A stretch of 60,040 nucleotides of DNA from Candidatus Aenigmatarchaeota archaeon (lineage in GTDB: Archaea > EX4484-52). Shown here piece by piece: positions 1-7,352 of this stretch. The stretch is taken from assembly GCA_023137195.1 (NCBI GenBank), contig JAGLPV010000024.1:1-60040 (forward strand). The letters are read 5' to 3'. The stretch's first letter is position 1, and the number at the start of each line of letters is the position of its first letter. The position numbers and the translations under genes were made by a program. The notes beneath the pieces were generated by a model. That model did no database searches. It saw nothing but the letters and a program-made list of their open reading frames with translations, and was not told where the DNA came from.

Positions 1-203
1 TCCACTACACGTTCTGTTTCTGGTTTTGTCAAAACCTGTAGTGCCAGAACAAAGAAGATTAAACCAGCAAGAATTAAACACACACTCAGAAAAAATATAG
101 TTTTGGAACCTGTTTGAGATAACAATATAACAACTCCTAACAAGATAATACTCAAATCAATTCCCATAAACAGTAAACTCCTTTTATCCCTTCTTGTTTT
201 CAT
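1..203 (-). CDS. DUF2178-like membrane protein, runs off the window edge
   Basis: Read manually: ATG at 203, MKTRRDKRSLLFMGIDLSIILLGVVILL...LALQVLTKPETERVV, two hydrophobic helices, same layout as the neighbouring paralogues; not in ORF track. Confidence 0.6.
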   Translation of the reverse strand, partial: MKTRRDKRSLLFMGIDLSIILLGVVILLSQTGSKTIFFLSVCLILAGLIFFVLALQVLTKPETERVV

Positions 204-204
204 A

Positions 205-591
205 TCATTCACCTTTTTTATTATACATCCATTGAAATGTAAGCCACACATATATTCCAACGAAAAATAGCAATGCATATATTTGAGATGGTAACGGCAT
301 CCATATTTTATAAATATAAAGCAGATTGAATGTAATTATCAATATAAGCATCGTATTAAATGCATGATACCCTGCTTTTTCTTTATTTCTTAATGAACGC
401 TCATCTTCAATAAAATTTTCTTTTGGTTTTGTAGCATTGTACAACGCGCCAAGCGTCAGAACGGACCCTGCAAAAATCCAGCCATATCCTATATTTTTAA
501 AGCCAAGCATTAGGACTGCAAAACCCAATGCCATTGATCCCATGCTCAGCATCAAATTATTCCTTACCTCTTCATCTGTTCTTAATTTCAT
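205..591 (-). CDS. DUF2178-like membrane protein
   Basis: Four TM helices, EDERS..N..KAGYHAF motif. Confidence 0.7.
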   Translation of the reverse strand: MKLRTDEEVRNNLMLSMGSMALGFAVLMLGFKNIGYGWIFAGSVLTLGALYNATKPKENFIEDERSLRNKEKAGYHAFNTMLILIITFNLLYIYKIWMPLPSQIYALLFFVGIYVWLTFQWMYNKKGE

Positions 592-920
592 TTTACGCCA
601 CCTATTTTATCATAATAAAACAAAGAGACGAGGCACACAATAAGAGAGCCACCAAAAAGAGCCACAAATGCAGGAGCAAATAATTCTGTGTTGCTGGTTA
701 GGTAAATATAGATAATTGTTCCGACTCCGAAAAATATGGTGTATGCAAAAGCATTTCTTGTTGCTTTCCCTATATTTATCTCGATTCTCTCATCCTTTGC
801 ATTATATGTTCCAAAATAAGGGATGAAACAAAGAAACCACAGGAAACTAGTATTTCCTTCAACAAAATACAGCAAACTCACAACCGACAAAAAACCCAAA
901 TACCAAAGTATATTTTTCAT
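588..920 (-). CDS. Small membrane protein (DUF3796/DUF2178-like)
   Basis: YLGFL N-terminus, DER..N..KA..AF motif, 4-bp overlaps with both neighbours. Confidence 0.6.
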   Translation of the reverse strand: MKNILWYLGFLSVVSLLYFVEGNTSFLWFLCFIPYFGTYNAKDERIEINIGKATRNAFAYTIFFGVGTIIYIYLTSNTELFAPAFVALFGGSLIVCLVSLFYYDKIGGVK

Positions 921-1333
921 TCAATATCACCTTTTCTATTAACCATAAAATAACACATTCCGAAAATGATTGCCATGCCAATAATTCCTGTGCTTATTGC
1001 CTGTGGAATATCTCTAAAATAAATCCATTCATTTGAAGAAGCAAAACCTATTGCAAGAAGCCAGTAAAGGGACATATAATAAGCATAAGCCGCCGTGCGA
1101 TTCATTATCTTCTTTGACCTCTCATCTTCGAAAGGGAATCCTTTTTTTACATCAAAGAATCTTCTCTTTACAAAGGGAATCATGAATAAACCAATTATTA
1201 CTATAATTCCTATTGGTAAAATCATATCTATGGTTTTTCCTTTAGCCAACAGTGTGCCTGCAAAAAGCAAAGAAGTCAGTATCACAATTGCTGTTATTAT
1301 TCCTGCCAATACAACTCTTGTTTTATCTTTCAT
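917..1333 (-). CDS. DUF2178-like membrane protein
   Basis: EDERS...AAYAY motif, four TM helices, AGGTGA Shine-Dalgarno upstream. Confidence 0.7.
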   Translation of the reverse strand: MKDKTRVVLAGIITAIVILTSLLFAGTLLAKGKTIDMILPIGIIVIIGLFMIPFVKRRFFDVKKGFPFEDERSKKIMNRTAAYAYYMSLYWLLAIGFASSNEWIYFRDIPQAISTGIIGMAIIFGMCYFMVNRKGDIE

Positions 1334-1354
1334 TTTCTCACCTTGTTGTTTATT

Positions 1355-1380
1355 TCTAACTTAATGTTAGATATATATAA
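1355..1380 (-). promoter_or_regulatory. TATA box with adjacent palindromic operator for the DUF2178 operon
   Basis: TCTAAC-N5-GTTAGA at 1355-1371 directly downstream (minus strand) of TTATATATA. Confidence 0.5.
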
Positions 1381-1391
1381 CATCAAATTAT

Positions 1392-1880
1392 TTAAATGTT
1401 TTTGTTTTTGGCAATTTTGTGCAAATAAAGAACACCTCCGATAAGAAAGCAAAGAACACAAAAATTATAGATGATAGAATTACTGAACATGCCCAAAAAC
1501 GGATTTGTCAAATTAGGCCAAAGAGGAAACATATCCGAATAAAGGAATGCATCAAGCAGGATATGAAGCCATACGCCGATTAATGCCCCGGCAGTAATTG
1601 ACTTCAAAGAATAATCCTGGTGGATTTTAAAAAAATCAGATATTTTACCCAGTTGCCTACGAAACATATAGATTCCTGCGATGACAAACATTGCCGAAAC
1701 TGTTGCGCCAACAAAAGTGTGCAATGGACCATGAAGCGGACAATTGCTGAAAAAAAGGCAATAAATTGCGCGGATATCGATGATTATACTTGCAAGTAAA
1801 ATCGAGGCAATATTGATGTGTTTTTTGAAGAGCATTCCTATTGCTAAACCCGGACCAAGATGAAAAGGAGTGAATGGCAT
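1392..1880 (-). CDS. Membrane-bound metal-dependent hydrolase family protein
   Basis: MPFTPFH start, LHGPLHT and HILLD motifs, TM helices. Confidence 0.7.
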   Translation of the reverse strand: MPFTPFHLGPGLAIGMLFKKHINIASILLASIIIDIRAIYCLFFSNCPLHGPLHTFVGATVSAMFVIAGIYMFRRQLGKISDFFKIHQDYSLKSITAGALIGVWLHILLDAFLYSDMFPLWPNLTNPFLGMFSNSIIYNFCVLCFLIGGVLYLHKIAKNKNI

Positions 1881-2003
1881 AATATATTCTATGCTGTAAA
1901 TCTATATAAATATTCTGCGCATTATAAAATTTCAATTTTAGATTGTGCAAAAGTATATAAATTAGAATCACCCATATATGCAAGAGATATTAGGGGTTAT
2001 AAA

Positions 2004-2837
2004 ATGGAAAAAACATTAGTTATGGTTAATGGCTTATCGCCAAATGCAGGGAAAATGGCATATAAAGTTGCTGAACATGTTCAGGCTAGTTCTGATATGG
2101 AATTGCTTCCTTTTTCATTGACTGGTTCAAATGTTGAAGCAGACAGGATGCAGGTTGGTGATCTGGAAATTAAATTGGTGAAGCCGGAAGACAGGAAGGA
2201 GTTTATTGAAATGGTTTCTGATCAATCATTTATTTCTGTGGATTATACTCATCCAAATGCTGTAAATGAAAATGCAGAATTTTATTGCAGTAATCGTCTT
2301 CCTTTTGTTATGGGAACAACAGGGGGAGACAGGGATGTATTGGAAAAAACAGTTGTTGATTCAGACAATGTGGCTGTTATTGCTCCGAATATGGCGAAGC
2401 AAATTGTCGCATTTCAGGCAATGTTGGAATATGCGGCAAATACATTTCCTGATGCATTCAAAGGATATACATTGGAGATAGCAGAAAGTCATCAAAACGG
2501 AAAAGCTGACACAAGCGGTACTGCCAAAGCAATGATTGGTTATTTTAATCAATTAGGGCTTCCCTTTACAAAAGACCAGATTAAAATGATCAGGGCTCCG
2601 GATGAACAGTTGGAGATGGGAATTCCTGAAAATACATTGACTGGTCATGCATGGCACACTTATACATTGAAATCAAAAGAAGGAGATGTCTTATTTGGGT
2701 TTACTCATAATGTGAATGGAAGGGATATTTACGCGGCAGGAACATTGGACGGGGTCAGGTTTTTGATCGGCAAGCTTGGTGAAAAAGGTAAAGTCTATTC
2801 CATGATGGATGTTTTGAAAGGCGCAACCACAGATTAA
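2004..2837 (+). CDS. dapB: 4-hydroxy-tetrahydrodipicolinate reductase
   Basis: VDYT, FVMGTTGG, IAPNM, ESHQxxKxDTSGTA, HNVNGR motifs; start moved to ATG 2004. Confidence 0.88.
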   Translation: MEKTLVMVNGLSPNAGKMAYKVAEHVQASSDMELLPFSLTGSNVEADRMQVGDLEIKLVKPEDRKEFIEMVSDQSFISVDYTHPNAVNENAEFYCSNRLPFVMGTTGGDRDVLEKTVVDSDNVAVIAPNMAKQIVAFQAMLEYAANTFPDAFKGYTLEIAESHQNGKADTSGTAKAMIGYFNQLGLPFTKDQIKMIRAPDEQLEMGIPENTLTGHAWHTYTLKSKEGDVLFGFTHNVNGRDIYAAGTLDGVRFLIGKLGEKGKVYSMMDVLKGATTD

Positions 2838-2930
2838 TCCACAGAACCCACGGGAACTGATTTAATCCATGAGATTCTTGGCGATAGCACAGATGCTGAT
2901 TTAATAGTTTGTCTTGTGGAAAATACAGAC
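2825..2930. repeat. Intergenic repeat family, site 1 (left arm)
   Basis: TTAATCCACAGA at 2834-2845 plus degenerate CCACGG, ATCCATGAGATTCTTG and CACAGATG copies. Confidence 0.75.
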
Positions 2931-2970
2931 GAGGAAAAAAAGTATATAAAGATTCTTGCCATGAAATATT

Positions 2971-3264
2971 ATGAGAAAACAAATGATTAAAACAAGCAGA
3001 GAAGAGAATATTTCGATGTATCCACGATTGGAAGAAGTTTTAATGATTGAATCCTTTATCCGGGAACACAATGGAGAATATAAAAAACAGGAATTGATTG
3101 ATAATCTGCCTGAAGAGACAAATCAGGAAATTTTTGATGCAATAATTGATAATCTTCTTGATGAACACAAAATTTCAATAGATGCAGAGGGCAAAATAGG
3201 GTGGATATATGATCCAGCCGGTGTAAAAAAATATCTCAAAAAAAATGAATTGTCATGGAGATGA
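2971..3264 (+). CDS. Small winged-helix-like protein, putative antitoxin
   Basis: 97 aa, YPRLxxVLMIE...helices...KISIDxEGKIGWIY wing; TATA upstream; stop overlaps next start (ATGA). Confidence 0.55.
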   Translation: MRKQMIKTSREENISMYPRLEEVLMIESFIREHNGEYKKQELIDNLPEETNQEIFDAIIDNLLDEHKISIDAEGKIGWIYDPAGVKKYLKKNELSWR

Positions 3265-3593
3265 AATCGCAAATAGTATTTTGCCAAGAAAAACTGAAAA
3301 ATGCATTTTTATCGCTTAAAAATTCTAAACTCCATGAAGAAAGGCAAATATATCGATGGCTTGAGCGGGCTTTTGTGGATTTAGAAGAAAATGCCTTTTG
3401 TGGCATTCAGATTCCAAAAAAACTGATTCCGGCATCTTATATCCAAAAATACGAGATAGACAATTTATGGAAATATAATTTGCCAAATGCATGGAGATTA
3501 ACGTATTCTATAAAGGGAAGTGAAATAAAAGTCGTCAGTATCGTTGTCGAATGGATGAGCCACAAGGAATACGAAAAAAGATTTGGTTATTGA
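3261..3593 (+). CDS. RelE/ParE-fold-like putative toxin
   Basis: About 110 aa, basic, NLWKYNLPNAWRLTYSI...VSIVVEW..HKEY pattern resembles RelE-like ribonucleases. Confidence 0.55.
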   Translation: MKSQIVFCQEKLKNAFLSLKNSKLHEERQIYRWLERAFVDLEENAFCGIQIPKKLIPASYIQKYEIDNLWKYNLPNAWRLTYSIKGSEIKVVSIVVEWMSHKEYEKRFGY

Positions 3594-3604
3594 TGTTATA
3601 GATA

Positions 3605-3644
3605 CTCTTGTGGATTTCAACGGTTCTGCGACCCATGGATGTTA
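3605..3644. repeat. Intergenic repeat family, site 2 (right arm)
   Basis: TCTTGTGGATTTCAAC at 3606-3621 is the exact reverse complement of 34903-34918; CCATGGATGTTA follows. Confidence 0.7.
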
Positions 3645-3676
3645 TTATTATATAAATGTAAATAGGTTTAATTAGT

Positions 3677-4063
3677 ATGGAAATTCCAAAGTATATTCAG
3701 GAAATAATTGACAAACAGGAATTGCATATCCTATCAACTTCATCGGGAAAAGGAGTGCCCAATATCATTTACCTGAAATTTCTCAAAGTGTATAATGATG
3801 AACAGATTTTGATTGCCAATAATAAATTTTTCAAGACAGAAAAAAATCTAATTGAAAACCCGAGAATCGCTTTTGTTGTACGTGATAAGGAGACAGGAAA
3901 ATCATATCAAATCAAAGGGACTGTCGAAATGCACAAAGACGATAAAATTTACGATGATGTTGTCAAATGGGTTGAAGAAATAAGAACAAAACCTCTGACA
4001 CCCAAATCCGCGGTAATTCTTAATGTGGAAGAAATATATTGTGGGGCAGAGAAGATATTGTAA
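3677..4063 (+). CDS. Pyridoxamine 5'-phosphate oxidase-like FMN-binding protein
   Basis: LSTSS.KGVPN, KT.KNL.ENP, YQIKG motifs. Confidence 0.8.
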   Translation: MEIPKYIQEIIDKQELHILSTSSGKGVPNIIYLKFLKVYNDEQILIANNKFFKTEKNLIENPRIAFVVRDKETGKSYQIKGTVEMHKDDKIYDDVVKWVEEIRTKPLTPKSAVILNVEEIYCGAEKIL

Positions 4064-4094
4064 CTGGCAAGGTAGATGTAAGGAGTGTTGAGAT

Positions 4095-4391
4095 ATGAAG
4101 AAAAACTTAGCCATTAGAAATTCAACAGCAGAATTTTTGATATTCCCGGCACAATCAAAAGAAGATTCTATTGAAGTTAAATACGCAGATGAAAATATTT
4201 GGTTGTCACAAAAAATGATTGCAAAATTGTTCAATGTGGATAGAACTGTAATAACTAAACATTTACTAAATATTTTTGAAAGTGATGAATTAGATGAAAA
4301 AAGCAATGTGCAAAAAATGCACTTTAGTCATTCTGATAAACCAATTAACTTCTATAACAGAGAAGATTTTAGAGGAGTGAAATCAATATAA
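4095..4391 (+). pseudogene. N-terminal fragment of a RhuM-family protein
   Basis: IRNSTAEFLIF, IWLSQKMIAKLF, ITKHL.NIF...EL; similarity stops after FYN, only 98 aa. Confidence 0.65.
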
Positions 4392-4397
4392 ATTATT

Positions 4398-4634
4398 ATG
4401 GATACGCACAAAAGGACGATTGTTAAAACAATTACGTGGAGAATAATTGCGACTTTGACTACTGTATTGACGATATATTTTTGGACCGGGGACTGGTCTA
4501 TTGCTCTTGGTTCCGGTCTGGTTGCGAATGCTTTGAAAACTGTGTTTTATTATATTCATGAGAGGGCGTGGAATTTAAGTGATTTTGGGCGGTTGTCTGT
4601 TCCTGTGAAAAGTTCCGGTCATGACCGTAAATAA
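4398..4634 (+). CDS. DUF2061 small membrane protein
   Basis: KTITWRIIAT and YYIHERAW motifs. Confidence 0.85.
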   Translation: MDTHKRTIVKTITWRIIATLTTVLTIYFWTGDWSIALGSGLVANALKTVFYYIHERAWNLSDFGRLSVPVKSSGHDRK

Positions 4635-4756
4635 GTTGATTTTTTTAGAGGAATAGTTCGCTTTTTGTTTGGATTTTATTTGGATGAAAACAATTCGCAG
4701 TTGTTATATTACTTTTAGGGCTTGATAAGTTAGACCTATTTCCTTCAGTAAAATAA

Positions 4757-5482
4757 TTATCCTCTTCTGCCTGAATCAGTATTACGTTTAGGTTCAAACT
4801 TTTCTCCCTGGAAAAAATTTTTTGTTTTAACCCAAATGCCCCCGAAGAATTTTGTAACTATGCTTGTTTTCTTTTGTGCATTTTCAGATGCAGGTACTTT
4901 AAATTTTGTCTTTTTATTAAATTCGACTTTACCTGCATGAACCAGCATTAACGTTGCTTTTGCACCTTCCTCAACAAGAACTGTATCGCCGGGAAGAACT
5001 TCAGTTCCAATGACCACGGGAATAATCTCTATGCCTCTTTCGATAAGCACTTTACCTTCAACTAAAACAAAGCCGCCTTTGCATAAATCGTCTGTTTTGC
5101 AAGTATAAGATACTTCTTTTTCATCATCGCTTGATTCTGTGGTTTTAGAAGAAAAAGCAGAAAATAATTTTTTAAAAAAAGACTTTATGCCTCCTGATTT
5201 TTTACCGGTGTCATTATGGTCTTTGCAGATATATGCATCCGGTTGATTAACGCAAATGTGAACACATTTATTCAAATTTACATCCCATGCATGGTATTGG
5301 AGGTCTCTGCATTTTGGTAAACATTTTCCGTCAACATAATCTTGTGCAATGGTACACTTTGGAACACATATGTCTTTATACATATTGTATTTTTCAGAAT
5401 CCAAACAATTGCCGGAATTTGCATAAACGGGTGTGATTAAAACAAAAAAAGTCAAAATAAATAAAATTATTTTTTTCTTCAT
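4757..5482 (-). CDS. Secreted Cys-rich protein with partial FecR-like domain
   Basis: Signal peptide, Cys repeats, VEGKVLI...G..V.PGD.V...EGAKATL FecR-like segment, ends GRRG. Confidence 0.55.
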   Translation of the reverse strand: MKKKIILFILTFFVLITPVYANSGNCLDSEKYNMYKDICVPKCTIAQDYVDGKCLPKCRDLQYHAWDVNLNKCVHICVNQPDAYICKDHNDTGKKSGGIKSFFKKLFSAFSSKTTESSDDEKEVSYTCKTDDLCKGGFVLVEGKVLIERGIEIIPVVIGTEVLPGDTVLVEEGAKATLMLVHAGKVEFNKKTKFKVPASENAQKKTSIVTKFFGGIWVKTKNFFQGEKFEPKRNTDSGRRG

Positions 5483-5669
5483 AGGTTTATTGATTGTATT
5501 GGGCTTATATAAAACTTTTGATTTATTGGAACGGGAAAATGATGTGTAATTTCATGTTTTTAATGGGGATTAATGGGAAACTTGGGAAAAGCTAACTTTT
5601 TATGTTTTTATGAAATGCCCTTTCTCGTCCTTTGAACATGTCAAAGTTAGAAAATAAGCTGGCTATTAT

Positions 5670-6389
5670 TTAATTATGTTTTATAGGGTCATTTACAGTA
5701 TCATTTACAGTATCATTTACAGTATCATCCAAAACATAATATCCTGTTTTTGCCGAGCCTTCAAATCGGACAATCTTCTTTGATTTTAAGTCCAACAAAT
5801 CTCTTTTAGCAGTAATTATTGGTATGTTAACCAGAGCAATATATTCCTTTGTGGTTATTTTACCCTTTTCCGCAATATATCTAATTGCTTTCTTCTGCCT
5901 TTCATTTAATTCGTGTTTTTCTTCAATTACATCCATGGAAATTGTCCTGACCTGTGATTTAAAAATAACTTTTGTTTCAATATCGCCTAAATTATACATT
6001 GGTTTCTCATTGCCATTCATACGGCAAAGTTCATTTTCAAGATAAATTCCTGAACCATATCTTTCAATAAGACCAATATCATACATATAGTTGGACAGAA
6101 TAGAATTAACTGGTTTATGAATGGGTTCTTCAGGGCTTACGCCTTCCGGAAATGAACCGGGACTTACAATCTCAATGCGCTCATCATATATAAAAACTCT
6201 TACATCTGCCATACTTTGATAGTCTCTATGAATCAGCCCGTTGATTATTGCCTCTCTTAATGCCTTTAGAGGATATTCATATTTGTCTATTCTCTGGAAC
6301 TTATCTGTTCTTAATCCCATATATCTTATGTTTCTTTTGATGAAATTTTCAGCTTCCAGAACCATATTCCATAAAGTACCATCGCAGTC
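5670..6389 (-). pseudogene. C-terminal fragment of an AlbA_2/HATPase_c_4/wHTH ('RecG-like') regulator
   Basis: YP.KALREAIING.IHRDY, IEIVSPG, IERYGSG, wHTH; frame open only back to TAG at 6390-6392; compare the full-length paralogue at 20266. Confidence 0.7.
5689..5728. repeat. 12-bp tandem repeat encoding (DTVN)x3
   Basis: TCATTTACAGTA x3 plus partial. Confidence 0.9.
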
Positions 6390-6393
6390 CTAT

Positions 6394-6416
6394 AATAGGT
6401 TGTTAAGTAACCTATT
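6394..6416. other. Inverted repeat at island boundary (terminator or recombination scar)
   Basis: AATAGGTT-N7-AACCTATT. Confidence 0.45.
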
Positions 6417-6462
6417 TTCAAGTCTCTTTTTTTTATATTTGTTAATATGGAAAAATGTGAAT

Positions 6463-7350
6463 TTAAGCATTTAAGTCATCTATAATTTTTTGAAAAATAC
6501 GTTTGTATTCATGAATATCTTTTCTGATTTTAATAAACTCCGGTTCGTCATATGGTATAATAGTTCCGTCACTTTTTTTAATTCTCATAAGCGTCGAAGT
6601 ACTAGAATCTTCTGGATTATGAGCTAAATTGTTTCTTTCTTGTTGTATATTTTGGTATAATTCAATCTCATCACGTGTTAAAGAATTTTTATCACATGTG
6701 GCAAAGATTAACAAGGTTCTTAGTAAAAAAGAAGCATCAAAATGTCTGGATTTTAGCAATCTTTGAAATTCGTCTGGCAATGAATATTTTTTTAAGTCTT
6801 CATCATTTTCTTTATACCGTTTAATTAATTTCTGTTTTCTCTCTATTATTTTTTGTTGCTTAACCTTACCTTTTTCTGCTAATAAATTTAGAATCTCTCT
6901 TATCATTTCATCTAGCTCACTTGTTTCAGCCATAACCAATCCACGAAGATTGTTTAAATCCTGAGTTTTTCTAATGGTTGTATAAATAAGTCTCTTTAAT
7001 TTTTCTATATAATTATCTTTACTGGCACAATAAACCCCATCTATTCTTTCTTTTTTGGCAATTATTTTTCTTAGTTTTCCTTCCCCGTACTGAGAATAAA
7101 ATAATATTTCTGTATACAGTTCTTGCTTCCTTATTTTTTCAATAACATCTTGTCCTTGCTCTTCATCTGCAAGTTCATAATCAACGACGATTATATCGAA
7201 TTTAGAAAAATCATATTTTTCATATTTTTCGGGATTTTTATATTCTAGTATAAATCCGTATTTTTTGAGATATGATTCAATAAATTCAATTTCAGATTCT
7301 ACCCAATCCGTGTCATCTTCAACCCATAAAATTCTATATTTTAAATTCAT
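6463..7350 (-). CDS. Receiver (REC) domain protein with C-terminal HEPN-like domain
   Basis: ILWVEDD, IIVVDY (phospho-acceptor Asp), ILFYS; helical C-terminus with RNNLAH (Rx4H). Confidence 0.7.
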   Translation of the reverse strand: MNLKYRILWVEDDTDWVESEIEFIESYLKKYGFILEYKNPEKYEKYDFSKFDIIVVDYELADEEQGQDVIEKIRKQELYTEILFYSQYGEGKLRKIIAKKERIDGVYCASKDNYIEKLKRLIYTTIRKTQDLNNLRGLVMAETSELDEMIREILNLLAEKGKVKQQKIIERKQKLIKRYKENDEDLKKYSLPDEFQRLLKSRHFDASFLLRTLLIFATCDKNSLTRDEIELYQNIQQERNNLAHNPEDSSTSTLMRIKKSDGTIIPYDEPEFIKIRKDIHEYKRIFQKIIDDLNA

Positions 7351-7352
7351 AA

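Noticed and set aside
1860-2003. N-terminal extension of dapB in the ORF track
   Set aside because: Overlaps the divergent gene start and promoter region; similarity begins at ATG 2004
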